Translations under genes and position numbers: made by a program | NCBI GenBank assembly: GCA_045645145.1 | Contig: JAZRIG010000040.1 | Location: forward strand, 4,320 to 68,319 | DNA from: Acutalibacteraceae bacterium | GTDB lineage: Bacteria; Bacillota; Clostridia; Oscillospirales; Acutalibacteraceae | DNA length: 64,000 nt | Reading direction: 5' to 3' | Shown: positions 29,426 to 39,329 of the stretch, one piece after another | Layout: the number at the start of each line of letters is the position of its first letter | Position numbering within the stretch: the stretch's first letter is position 1 | Notes under the pieces: model-generated | Seen by the model: the letters and a program-made list of their open reading frames with translations, nothing else | Database searches by the model: none | What the model was told of the DNA's origin: nothing

Positions 29426-30678
29426 TGGAAGCAATAGTTCTTGCAGGCGGTTTCGGCACAAGGCTCAAAGGCTGCGTTAACAATCTTCCGAAACCTTTGG
29501 CTCCAATAGGCGAAAAACCCTTTTTGCATTATCTTCTTGACTATCTTTATGTTAACGGAGTTCACCGCGTAATTATATCAACCGGATTTATGGCCCAAAC
29601 CGTTGAAAACACAATCGGAAGGGCTTACCGCGGCATGGTTGTTGACTACTGCAAGGAAGAAACCCCTCTCGGAACGGGCGGAGCAATAAAAAAAGCCCTC
29701 GGAATGTGCAGAAGTGAAAATGCCGTTGTTGTTAACGGGGACAGCTTCTTTGACGTTGATTTGTTTGAAATGAAAAAATTTCATGACAATTCCGATAACC
29801 CGATAACTCTAGCGGCAAGAAACGTTGTTAATGCCGAAAATTCAGGTTTTATCAAAGCCGAAAACGGAAGGCTTTGCGGCTTTCGCGAAAAAGGAGTTAA
29901 GGCTTCGGGTCTTATCAACGGCGGAATATATTTTATAAAAAAAAATACTCTTGACGGCATAACAGAAGAAAAATTTTCATTTGAAAAACAGGTTCTTGAA
30001 AGCGATTACTGCTCCGTCGGAGTTTTTGAGAGCAACGGATATTTTATTGATATCGGCATTCCCGAAAACTACCGAAAAGCTCAGGCTGAAAAAGAACACC
30101 TTACTGCCAAAAGAATCAGAAAAGCCGTTTTTCTTGACAGAGACGGCACAATAAATATTGACAAATGTCACCTTTTCCGCGCTGATGATTTTGAATTTCT
30201 TCCAAATGCGGACAAGGCCATTGCAACCATCAAAGAAAACGGATATCTTGCAATTGTTGTCACAAACCAGGCAGGAATTGCCAAGAATCTCTATAAAATC
30301 AGTGATGCGGAAGCGCTTCATGAATTCATCAACAGCGAGCTTCACAGCATGCACGGCATTATTGCCGACGGATATTACTATTGCCCTCATCATCCGCAAG
30401 CAATTATTGATGAATACCGCGCGGAATGCACATGCCGCAAACCACAGCCGGGGCTTATTTTAAAGGCCGTTTCTGATTTTGCCGATATAGGAATAGAAAT
30501 CGACCTTAAAAATTCGTTTATGCTCGGAAACAGAATATCCGACATCCTGGCAGGCACAAATGCAGGTGTCGGCCAAAACATACTTATTGGTTCAGACGAG
30601 CCTGAGGCGGCCGAATCAGCCTCGGCGCACTATGATACTCTTTTTAAATTTTCGCAAGAATTAAAGCAGGTGTTTTAG
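29425..30678 (+). CDS. Fused heptose-1-phosphate guanylyltransferase (HddC-like) + heptose-1,7-bisphosphate phosphatase (GmhB-like)
   Basis: N-half LAGGFGTRL, PKPLAP, PLGTGGA, FIDIG; C-half FLDRDGTIN, TNQAGIA, CPHHP...CTCRKP. Confidence 0.9.
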   Translation: MEAIVLAGGFGTRLKGCVNNLPKPLAPIGEKPFLHYLLDYLYVNGVHRVIISTGFMAQTVENTIGRAYRGMVVDYCKEETPLGTGGAIKKALGMCRSENAVVVNGDSFFDVDLFEMKKFHDNSDNPITLAARNVVNAENSGFIKAENGRLCGFREKGVKASGLINGGIYFIKKNTLDGITEEKFSFEKQVLESDYCSVGVFESNGYFIDIGIPENYRKAQAEKEHLTAKRIRKAVFLDRDGTINIDKCHLFRADDFEFLPNADKAIATIKENGYLAIVVTNQAGIAKNLYKISDAEALHEFINSELHSMHGIIADGYYYCPHHPQAIIDEYRAECTCRKPQPGLILKAVSDFADIGIEIDLKNSFMLGNRISDILAGTNAGVGQNILIGSDEPEAAESASAHYDTLFKFSQELKQVF

Positions 30679-30679
30679 T

Positions 30680-32596
30680 TTGAAAAACGTTTATTTTGTT
30701 CAGGTTGGATTTGCTTTTGACAAATCCGTTTATCTGCCTTATGCAACAGGAACAATTGTTGCTTATTGCAGAAAACAGCCTGACATCGCAGCTGAATATG
30801 ATTTTAAGGAGATTATTTTCCGCAGAGACAGCATTGAAAACATTGTCAGCGGCATGGAATCCCCTTATATTGCTGCGTTTTCAACTTATGTATGGAACGT
30901 TGAATTCAACAAAGCTCTTGCGAAAGCGGTTAAAGAAAAATATCCCGAATGCATCATCGTTTTCGGCGGTCACAGCGTATCCGAACGCATGGAATTTCTT
31001 CAAAATGAATACATTGACATTCTTACTCTCGGCGAGGGTGAAGAAGTGACGGCAGCTCTTTTGAGGGCATTAAGAGACGGCACAGACCTCAACGAATGCC
31101 GAGGCATTGCTTTTAAGGATGATTGCGGAAACAAAATTCTCACCGCAGCCAACTGCCCCGAATCCGTCGAAAACTATCCTTCGCCTTATTTAGAAGGTGT
31201 TTTTGATTCAATCATAGAAAAAAATCCCGACACGATGTTTGACACAATCATCGAAACCAACCGCGGCTGCCCCTACAACTGCGCTTATTGCGACTGGAGC
31301 AACCATAAAAAGCTCAGGCTTTTCCCGATGGAAAAGGTTAAGGGAGAAATCAAGTGGCTCTCCGAACACAAAATAGAATACTGCTTCTGCGCCGACTCAA
31401 ACTTCGGAATGTTTGAACGCGACGAAGAGATTGCCGAATATATAGTTGAGCTTAACAAAAAGAACGGATTCCCGAAAGTTTTCAGACCGTGTTATGAAAA
31501 AAACAGCGCGGAAAGAGTTTTCAGAATTTCTCAAAAGCTCAACTCCAGGGGCCTGGATAAAGGCGCAACCATGGCTTACCAGACACTTTGCGATGATGCT
31601 TTGAAAAATATCAACCGCAAGAATCTGACCATGGAGCATTTCTCGGGACTTATGTCCGATTATACCAACGCAAATATCCCCACATACTCCGAGCTTATCC
31701 TCGGCCTGCCCGGCGAAACCGCGGAAAGCTTTTGCCAGGGCCTCTGCAAGCTTCTGCGCGCAGGTCAGCATAATTCCATCAGCGTTTATTACTGCGAGCT
31801 GCTGCCCAATGCCCCTATGTGCAAACCCGAATACATGGAAAAATATAAAATTGAGCCCATGAAGGTTCAGTTCAATCATATTCATTCTGCAAGCGGCAAA
31901 AAGGATTCAATTCCCGAGTATTCATATCTTGTCCGCTCAACCAGCACCCTTTCACGTGACGGCTGGGTTTATGCAAATCTGTTTTCAATTTGCCTGCAGT
32001 GCTTCCACAGCCTTGGGCTTCTCAGATATTTTGCAATATATGCTTATCATTCACTCGGCATCGATTATTATGATTTTTACACCGGTTTGCTGAATTTCTG
32101 CATTGAAGATACAGGGCTTATCGGAAAGCTTTTCCGCGAAATCAAGAAAAAGCTTGACGGCTCACTTGAAGGCGAATGGAATCACAGCAATCCCGTTTTC
32201 GGCAATGTCACCTGGTTTTTTGAAGAGGGACTTTTCCTTGAAATTCTCTATAATTTCGAGAAACTTGAAGAACTTATCAAATCCTATGTTAAGCCATTGG
32301 GAATTGAAAAAGATATTTATGAGCAGCTTCTTAAATTCCAACTCAACGCAATCAAACGCCCCTTTGAAAGCGTCAGAGAGTTTGAGTGCGATTACGATTT
32401 TCTTGATTATTTTCAAAAGGTTGCTTCAGGCAAAAAAACGGTTCTTGAAAAGCAAAAGGTTTTATATTCCTTCACTTCAGGAATTAAATATGACGAATGG
32501 CCTAAATTTGCAAAAGAAACCGTTTGGTACGGCCGCCGCAAAGGTGCAACACTTTATACAAACAATCTTAAAAATATTGAAACCAAGAAAATTTGA
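30680..32596 (+). CDS. Cobalamin-binding radical SAM enzyme, paralog 1
   Basis: B12-binding domain (YLPY..G, FSTYVWN, FGGH, GEGE), ETNRGCPYNCAYCDW, DSNFG, ELILGLPGET; TTG start. Confidence 0.92.
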   Translation: MKNVYFVQVGFAFDKSVYLPYATGTIVAYCRKQPDIAAEYDFKEIIFRRDSIENIVSGMESPYIAAFSTYVWNVEFNKALAKAVKEKYPECIIVFGGHSVSERMEFLQNEYIDILTLGEGEEVTAALLRALRDGTDLNECRGIAFKDDCGNKILTAANCPESVENYPSPYLEGVFDSIIEKNPDTMFDTIIETNRGCPYNCAYCDWSNHKKLRLFPMEKVKGEIKWLSEHKIEYCFCADSNFGMFERDEEIAEYIVELNKKNGFPKVFRPCYEKNSAERVFRISQKLNSRGLDKGATMAYQTLCDDALKNINRKNLTMEHFSGLMSDYTNANIPTYSELILGLPGETAESFCQGLCKLLRAGQHNSISVYYCELLPNAPMCKPEYMEKYKIEPMKVQFNHIHSASGKKDSIPEYSYLVRSTSTLSRDGWVYANLFSICLQCFHSLGLLRYFAIYAYHSLGIDYYDFYTGLLNFCIEDTGLIGKLFREIKKKLDGSLEGEWNHSNPVFGNVTWFFEEGLFLEILYNFEKLEELIKSYVKPLGIEKDIYEQLLKFQLNAIKRPFESVREFECDYDFLDYFQKVASGKKTVLEKQKVLYSFTSGIKYDEWPKFAKETVWYGRRKGATLYTNNLKNIETKKI

Positions 32597-32611
32597 AAGG
32601 TCAGTGTTTTT

Positions 32612-34546
32612 TTGAAAAAGAAACTTTTTTTCTTTCAAGTGAATTATTCTTATGGCAAAGCCGCACACATTCCTTATACGGCAGGCCAGCTTTGCGCTTA
32701 TGCCTTTGCCGATAATGCTGTGGCCGAAAATTACAGCCTTGAAAATATATTTTTCATTCGCGAGCCTGTTGAAAGCGTGTTGAAAAAAATCGATAATCCT
32801 GCAATTGTTGCATTTTCAACCTACATCTGGAACTGCAATTATAACAAGGCTGTTGCAAAAAGAATAAAAGAAAAATATCCTGATTGTGTTATCGTTTTCG
32901 GAGGCCATCACGTTGCTCCCGGCGGCGAAATGCTTGAGGAATGCCCTTACATCGATTATCTTCTTCATGGCGAGGGTGAGGTTATTTTTCGAAGGCTGAT
33001 GCGCTCTTTAATCGGTCTGGACAAAGACGAAAATATCCCGGGAATTTCAATGAGAACAGGTTCAGGCATCTTAACAAACCCTGAAATGGTATCAACCGAA
33101 TGCGATTTCCCCTCTCCTTACACTAACGGTTATTTTGATAAGATACTCGAAGAATATCCCGATAAGGATTTCATGGCATTGATTGAAACCTCAAGAGGCT
33201 GCCCAAACACCTGCGCTTATTGCGACTGGAGCTGCATGAAATCCAAAATCCGCAAATTCCCTCTCGAGAGAATTTATCAAGATATTGATTGGGTAAAAAA
33301 CAACCGCATTTACGGTCTCGGCTCAGCGGATTCCAATTTCGGAATGTTCAAACGTGACGAAGAGATAACCGACAGAATTATCGCCTCTAAAAAAGAAACG
33401 GGGAGACCTGTTGGTTTTCAGACATCTTATGCAAAAAACAGCACCCAGACTGTTTTTAACATCGGCCTCAAGCTTGAAAAAAGCGGAATGAACAAAGGCA
33501 TAACACTTTCATTTCAATCAATGAGCAAGGATACTTTAAAAAACATCGGCAGAGAAAACATAAGCATCGATTACTATGCAGAATTAATGAACCTGTACAA
33601 CAATGCAGGTATTGCCACCTATACTGAGTTGATTCTCGGCTTGCCCGGTGAAACCTACGAAAGCTTTACCGACGGAATTGACAAACTGCTGAATCTCGGG
33701 CAACACAATTCAATTTATATACACAACTGTGAATGGCTTCCCTGCTCAACGATGGGCAAAAAAGAATATATTGAGCGTTATAAGATCGGCACTTCGTGCA
33801 TTCCGCTCAATCAGCCTCACCGCGATTTTGATGATGAAGATGAAATTCCTGAGCAATCCCGCATCGTCACCTCAACTTGCTCAATGACAGAACAGGATTG
33901 GAAAAAAATGAACCTGTTTTCAGCAGTTGTTCAAGGCTGCCATCACATGGGTCCGCTTCAGTTTTTTGCAATATATCTTTATTATGAGAATCTGAGTTCC
34001 TATAAAAACTTCTATTCATCATTGCTTGAATACTTCCTCTCAAATCCTGAAACAGTTGCAGGAAAAGCTATCAAAAAAATCAATGAATGCCTTGACAATG
34101 TAATTGCCGAAAAGGAAATGCTGTGCTGCTGCGACAGCCGCTTCGGAAAAATACTTTGGACTTTCGAAGAATATCTTTATCTTTGCATTATTCATGATGT
34201 GGATTCGTTCTATAAAGAAACACGAGAATTCCTCAAAGGTTTCGGAATGAAAAACGAAATTTTTGAAAGTCTTGAAAGCTTCCAGCGTTCAATTCTCAGA
34301 AAACCTTATGATGAACGTGTTGAAATCACAACGACCTATGATTTCTTGGATTATTTTGATAAAGCTGTCGACGGCAAAAAAACAGATCTTAAAAAGATTA
34401 AAACAACCGTAAGCATTGAATCCGCTCCATTTAATTCATGGGAAGAATTTGCAAAGGTTGTTGCATGGTTCGGCAAAAAAGACGGAAAAGGAACTTACAT
34501 AAAACAAGCCCTTTTGAAACGGAGATCTTCTGAAAATGAACAGTAA
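32612..34546 (+). CDS. Cobalamin-binding radical SAM enzyme, paralog 2
   Basis: HIPYTAG, FSTYIWN, FGGH, GEGE, ETSRGCPNTCAYCDW, DSNFG, ELILGLPGET; TTG start. Confidence 0.92.
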   Translation: MKKKLFFFQVNYSYGKAAHIPYTAGQLCAYAFADNAVAENYSLENIFFIREPVESVLKKIDNPAIVAFSTYIWNCNYNKAVAKRIKEKYPDCVIVFGGHHVAPGGEMLEECPYIDYLLHGEGEVIFRRLMRSLIGLDKDENIPGISMRTGSGILTNPEMVSTECDFPSPYTNGYFDKILEEYPDKDFMALIETSRGCPNTCAYCDWSCMKSKIRKFPLERIYQDIDWVKNNRIYGLGSADSNFGMFKRDEEITDRIIASKKETGRPVGFQTSYAKNSTQTVFNIGLKLEKSGMNKGITLSFQSMSKDTLKNIGRENISIDYYAELMNLYNNAGIATYTELILGLPGETYESFTDGIDKLLNLGQHNSIYIHNCEWLPCSTMGKKEYIERYKIGTSCIPLNQPHRDFDDEDEIPEQSRIVTSTCSMTEQDWKKMNLFSAVVQGCHHMGPLQFFAIYLYYENLSSYKNFYSSLLEYFLSNPETVAGKAIKKINECLDNVIAEKEMLCCCDSRFGKILWTFEEYLYLCIIHDVDSFYKETREFLKGFGMKNEIFESLESFQRSILRKPYDERVEITTTYDFLDYFDKAVDGKKTDLKKIKTTVSIESAPFNSWEEFAKVVAWFGKKDGKGTYIKQALLKRRSSENEQ

Positions 34547-36461
34547 AAAAGTTTATCTTGTTCAGATTAATGTAACCTACAGCGAATATATCGCTTACCT
34601 GCCCTATGCGGCGGGTTGCCTTGCTGCATACGCTTGGAATGACAGCGAAATAAAAAACGCCTTTGAGCTTGCGGATATACTGTGCATCCGCCACAAAATT
34701 GAAGATTCGGTTAAAAGAATCATCGATCCTGCTGTTATCGGTTTTTCCTGCTATATCTGGAACATGGAATATAACCTCATGCTGGCACGAATAATTAAAG
34801 AAAAATATCCGAACTGTCTTGTGGTCTTTGGCGGCCATAATGTCCCTGATAACACCGAATTACTTGAAAAGCATTCATTTATCGACGTTTTGATGCACTC
34901 GGAGGGGGAAGAACCCTTTGCAATGCTTCTTAAGGCACTTAACAAAGACAAAGATTTTTCTGATATTCCTGATATTTCTTACAGAAAAAACGGCCAATGT
35001 GTTTCCAACGCCCCAAAAAGGATATATGATATAACAAATTATCCGTCGCCCTATGCGGCCGGTATTTTTGATAATCTACTCAAACAATATCCGGATATAG
35101 CTTTTCATGCAACGCTTGAAACCAATCGCGGCTGCCCTTATTCCTGCGCATTCTGCGACTGGTGCTTCACAAAAAAAATCAGGCTTTTTCCCATGGAAAG
35201 GATTAAACAGGATATTGATTGGATATCGGAGCATAAAATCCAATATTGCTACTGTGCCGATGCGAACTTCGGCATTGAAAAAAGAGACATCGAAACAGCC
35301 GAATATATTCTTGAGGTTAACCGAAGAAACGGCTATCCTCAGGTTTTTAAACCGTGCTATGCCAAAAACAGCGATGAAACCGTTTTTGAAATCGGCAAAA
35401 TCCTTAATCACAGCGGAATAGATAAAGGTGTTACCCTTGCATATCAATCGCTTGACTCGCAAACGCTTGAAAACATCGGCAGAAAAAACCTGACCCTTGA
35501 GCATTATTCAGGACTCACCGCAAAATATGCCGAAGAAAGCATTCCGACATATACGGAACTTATACTCGGACTTCCGGGCGAGACCTACGACAGCTTTTGC
35601 CACGGCCTTTGCCGTCTTCTTGATAATGGTCAGCATAACTCAATGACGGTTTACACATGCCAAGTCTATTGTAATTCGCCGCTTGCAAATAAAGAATTTA
35701 AAGAGAAATACAATATCCGCTGGGAGCGTCAACCCCTCCACGGCATTCATTATCCCGCAAACTTCAACGGTGTGCAGGAATACTATGATGTTGTTGTTGA
35801 AACAAAAGATATGAGCAAAGAAATGTGGGTAAAGGCAAACATGTTTTCAGTCTGTCTCCAAAGCTTCCATCATCTCGGTTTGCTCCGCTGCTTTGCTATT
35901 TACGCTCGCTATGAGTTAGGGATAAGCTATTATGATTTCTACAACCGACTGCTGGACTATATTTTCAGCGACCCATCAAAATATATTTATAAACTTTTTG
36001 AAGAAATCCGATGGAAAACCGAAAACACCGAGGTGTCAGATTGGTGCTATCAAAAAGATATTTTCAGTAAAGTCGGATGGTATTTTGAAGAGGGCATATT
36101 CCTTGACCTGATTTATAACCGCGATAAATTCTGGCAAGACATTTCATGCTTCATAGAAAGCCTGGGAATTGAGAAAAACATTTTCGATGAAATGCTGAAA
36201 TATCAGAAAGCAATCCTCAGGCTCCCCAACACCGATGTTATTGAAATCAACACCAAATATGATTTTTATGCTTATTTTCGCAATATATATGATGACACAT
36301 ACAAAAATCTTGAACAGGTTGACACTAAGCTGACAATAACACTCGAAAAACAAATAAACAGTTGGGCTGACTATGCAAGAGAAATTATCTGGTTCGGAAA
36401 ACGAAGAAGCGCCACACTTTGCACAAATGCAAGGGAAAAAATTAAAATCGAGCATTTTTAG
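34536..36461 (+). CDS. Cobalamin-binding radical SAM enzyme, paralog 3
   Basis: YLPYAAG, FSCYIWN, FGGH, SEGE, ETNRGCPYSCAFCDW, DANFG, ELILGLPGET. Confidence 0.92.
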   Translation: MNSKKVYLVQINVTYSEYIAYLPYAAGCLAAYAWNDSEIKNAFELADILCIRHKIEDSVKRIIDPAVIGFSCYIWNMEYNLMLARIIKEKYPNCLVVFGGHNVPDNTELLEKHSFIDVLMHSEGEEPFAMLLKALNKDKDFSDIPDISYRKNGQCVSNAPKRIYDITNYPSPYAAGIFDNLLKQYPDIAFHATLETNRGCPYSCAFCDWCFTKKIRLFPMERIKQDIDWISEHKIQYCYCADANFGIEKRDIETAEYILEVNRRNGYPQVFKPCYAKNSDETVFEIGKILNHSGIDKGVTLAYQSLDSQTLENIGRKNLTLEHYSGLTAKYAEESIPTYTELILGLPGETYDSFCHGLCRLLDNGQHNSMTVYTCQVYCNSPLANKEFKEKYNIRWERQPLHGIHYPANFNGVQEYYDVVVETKDMSKEMWVKANMFSVCLQSFHHLGLLRCFAIYARYELGISYYDFYNRLLDYIFSDPSKYIYKLFEEIRWKTENTEVSDWCYQKDIFSKVGWYFEEGIFLDLIYNRDKFWQDISCFIESLGIEKNIFDEMLKYQKAILRLPNTDVIEINTKYDFYAYFRNIYDDTYKNLEQVDTKLTITLEKQINSWADYAREIIWFGKRRSATLCTNAREKIKIEHF

Positions 36462-36585
36462 TCTCTTGTGTTTATTGTTTTCAAGCAGCTTGATATGAGT
36501 AATTTATTATGCTATAGCAGAAAAAACATTGTGTGCAGAAAATGTTTTGTGTTCTTTATATATAAAATTATTTAGGGGGAAAAAA

Positions 36586-38511
36586 ATGAAAAACGTCTAC
36601 ATGGTTCAGGCTTCAAACACCTACTCCGGCAGAGGTTTTAAGGCTGCTTATCTGCCTTATGCGGCAGGTTTGCTTGTCGCTTATGCTTTCTGCGATGAAA
36701 ACATAAAGAAAGAGTATGAATTCAAGCGTTTTATTTTCACTCGCGAAAACACAGACCAAGCAGTTGAAAGCCTTGATAATCCCGCATTCATCGGCTTTTC
36801 CAATTATATCTGGAACACTCAGTATAATCTCGTTCTTGCAAAAAAGATCAAGAAAAAGTTTCCCGAATGTATAATTGTTTTCGGCGGTCACAATGTTCCT
36901 CCCAACAACTCTTTTCTTGAAAAATATCCGTTTATCAATTTTCTGGTTCACGCCGAAGGTGAAGAAGCATTTCGCAGTCTGATGCTCGAAGTCTGCAAAA
37001 GCAGCCCCGATTTTTCTTCAATCCCCAATATTTCTTATCGAGCAAGTGAAACAGAATGCAAAAAAAATCCCACCGAAACACTTTGCAAAACAGATTATCC
37101 TTCACCCTACCTTGACGGATTTTTTGAGAGCATTTTTGAAGAAAATCCCGATATGCAGCTTGATGCCATACTTGAAACCTCAAGAGGATGCCCCAGAAGC
37201 TGTGCTTATTGCGATTGGGGCTGTAATAACTCCAAAATAAAGCTTTTCCCGATTGAAAGAATCCTTGCAGAAATCGACTGGATGGCTGATCACAAGGTCA
37301 AATTCATCTGGGGTGCAGATTCCAACTTCGGTGCCTTTGAAAGAGACATGGAAATCGTGGACTATCTTATCGACAAAAGAGAAAAAACAGGCTACCCGGA
37401 AAGACTGCGCACAAATTATGCGATGAACAATCCCAAAACAGTTTTTGAAATCAACAGTAAGTTTGAAAAATACGGTCTGAGCAAGGAAGGCGCAACGCTT
37501 TCTTTCCAGAGCCTTGACCCTACAGTTTTGAAAAATATAGGCCGCCGCAATATGAGCATGGACAAGTTCAGCGAACTTCTGTCACTCTATAAAGCGAACG
37601 GAACAACCACATATTCCGAGCTGATTGCAGGCCTTCCCGGCGAAACTTATGAAAGCTTTTGCCGAGGCTTTGGGCAACTTCTTTCGGCAGGCCAGCACAG
37701 GATGATTACGGTCTATAACTGCGAGCTTTTGCCTAATTCTCCGATGGCTGATCCCGAATACATGAAAAAGCACGGAATAATTACCGCTGAAATAGAGGCC
37801 CTCACCGCCCACATCGAAACTGACAGTGAGGTTAAAGAAAAAACCGTTTATGTTATCGGCACAAACACGCTGAGTATCGAGGATTGGATTGCCTGCAACA
37901 TTTTTGCCTGCTTTGAAGAATCCTTCCATCACAACGGAATTCTTAAATATATCGCCGTATATCTCCATTATGATAAAGGCATTCCTTATGAGGACATCTA
38001 TAATATGGTTATCAGATACGCAAAAAAGCATAAGGATTCCGTATTAAGACCGGCTTATGATTATCTTTACAGATTTTATAAGTCTATCTCAGAGGAGGCT
38101 CCTATTGAACTTTATTCTAACGAAATTTTCGGAAAAATAACCTGGGTTCCAAAAAAAGTTCCTCACCTTGCAACCATCTATCGCCTTGATGAATTCTATT
38201 CAGAAATAAAGCCGCACCTCCGTTATCTCGGCGTTCAGGATGATATCATTGAGGAGCTTATCGAATTCCAGAAAGCCGCCCTCAAGCTTCCTTACAGAAA
38301 CAACTACTCGGTTGAATTTAAAAAAGACTGGGCTCGCTATTTCCGCGATGCTCTGTCAGGCAATTATAAACCGCTTGAAGACAAACCCATTCGTATCAGC
38401 ATCAATAACGAAATTCACGCTTCAAACTGGAAAGACTATGCTTTAGAGGCTGTTTGGTTCGGCAAAAACGGAATAACCTTCAATCCCGGCATGACCTCAG
38501 AATATATTTAA
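36586..38511 (+). CDS. Cobalamin-binding radical SAM enzyme, paralog 4
   Basis: YLPYAAG, FSNYIWN, FGGH, AEGE, ETSRGCPRSCAYCDW, ELIAGLPGET; ATG 36586 after AGGGGG matches paralog N-termini (MKNVY). Confidence 0.92.
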   Translation: MKNVYMVQASNTYSGRGFKAAYLPYAAGLLVAYAFCDENIKKEYEFKRFIFTRENTDQAVESLDNPAFIGFSNYIWNTQYNLVLAKKIKKKFPECIIVFGGHNVPPNNSFLEKYPFINFLVHAEGEEAFRSLMLEVCKSSPDFSSIPNISYRASETECKKNPTETLCKTDYPSPYLDGFFESIFEENPDMQLDAILETSRGCPRSCAYCDWGCNNSKIKLFPIERILAEIDWMADHKVKFIWGADSNFGAFERDMEIVDYLIDKREKTGYPERLRTNYAMNNPKTVFEINSKFEKYGLSKEGATLSFQSLDPTVLKNIGRRNMSMDKFSELLSLYKANGTTTYSELIAGLPGETYESFCRGFGQLLSAGQHRMITVYNCELLPNSPMADPEYMKKHGIITAEIEALTAHIETDSEVKEKTVYVIGTNTLSIEDWIACNIFACFEESFHHNGILKYIAVYLHYDKGIPYEDIYNMVIRYAKKHKDSVLRPAYDYLYRFYKSISEEAPIELYSNEIFGKITWVPKKVPHLATIYRLDEFYSEIKPHLRYLGVQDDIIEELIEFQKAALKLPYRNNYSVEFKKDWARYFRDALSGNYKPLEDKPIRISINNEIHASNWKDYALEAVWFGKNGITFNPGMTSEYI

Positions 38512-38528
38512 GCAGAAAGTGTGTAGAA

Positions 38529-39257
38529 ATGAGCGAATTTAAAGGAGTAACCATAATAACCGGAGCTGTAACGGAGACTCAGGCTCTCCGCCGCACTGTC
38601 AGTTGCATTCTCAGCTCCTGCAATCCTTGCGATTTAACAGAAATTATTATCGGTTATCCGGACAGAGTAACCCCGCAATGCCTTGATGTAATAAATGAGC
38701 TTGCCGGTGCAAATCTCGGTGTGCCAATTAAAGCGTTTCGGCAGACAAAGCCTTTCATGGGTTTCTTAATTGAAGCTTTTGATATGGCGAACGGGTCCCA
38801 TTGCATAACCGTTGATTCAGACCTTGCTCTTAATATAGATTTAATCCCCCTCATGATTGAAGGGGCAAAGCATGAGCCTGACACCATATTTTCCGCCTCA
38901 AGATGGTTAGAAAGTTGCAGTTTTAACGGCTATAACAAATTTAAAAAAATTTGGAATTATTGCTCACAAAAATTTCTATCCGTTCTTTTTCAAAGCAATC
39001 TTACAGACTATACAATTCCATTTCAGATTGCGCCTACTTCACTTTATCGCTCAATTAATTTTGAAGAAACCGGGTTTCCGATTTTTCTCGAAATGATACT
39101 TAAGCCGCTGAGACTTGGCTGCAAATTCAAAGAACTTCCAACCAATTGCTCAGCGCGTACCGAAGGAAAATCCAGCAATTCCACCATGCAAACCCTGGCA
39201 TATTTAAAAACAGCCATTCATATTCGTATGATGCCTAAAAACAAAATACTTAAATAG
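38529..39257 (+). CDS. GT2 glycosyltransferase, DPM1/ArnC-like (polyprenyl-phosphate acceptor type)
   Basis: DSD motif, ASRW, TDYT, E.P....R.EG.S; start moved to ATG 38529. Confidence 0.75.
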   Translation: MSEFKGVTIITGAVTETQALRRTVSCILSSCNPCDLTEIIIGYPDRVTPQCLDVINELAGANLGVPIKAFRQTKPFMGFLIEAFDMANGSHCITVDSDLALNIDLIPLMIEGAKHEPDTIFSASRWLESCSFNGYNKFKKIWNYCSQKFLSVLFQSNLTDYTIPFQIAPTSLYRSINFEETGFPIFLEMILKPLRLGCKFKELPTNCSARTEGKSSNSTMQTLAYLKTAIHIRMMPKNKILK

Positions 39258-39265
39258 CAAATATC

Positions 39266-39304
39266 AAAGCGGCTTGCATTGGGTAATCCCCTGCAAGCCG
39301 CTTT
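39266..39304. terminator. Bidirectional terminator between GT2 and radical SAM paralog 5
   Basis: AAAGCGGCTTGCA...TGCAAGCCGCTTT 13-bp stem between convergent genes. Confidence 0.85.
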
Positions 39305-39329
39305 AAATTTGTTTTATAAACAATATATT

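Noticed and set aside
36495-36575. 26-codon Cys-containing ORF (MSNLLCYSRKNIVCRKCFVFFIYKII) between rSAM3 and rSAM4 as a RiPP precursor
   Set aside because: No RBS, overlaps a candidate promoter, no leader-like character, and no RRE, peptidase or exporter in the locus; the context is sugar biosynthesis.
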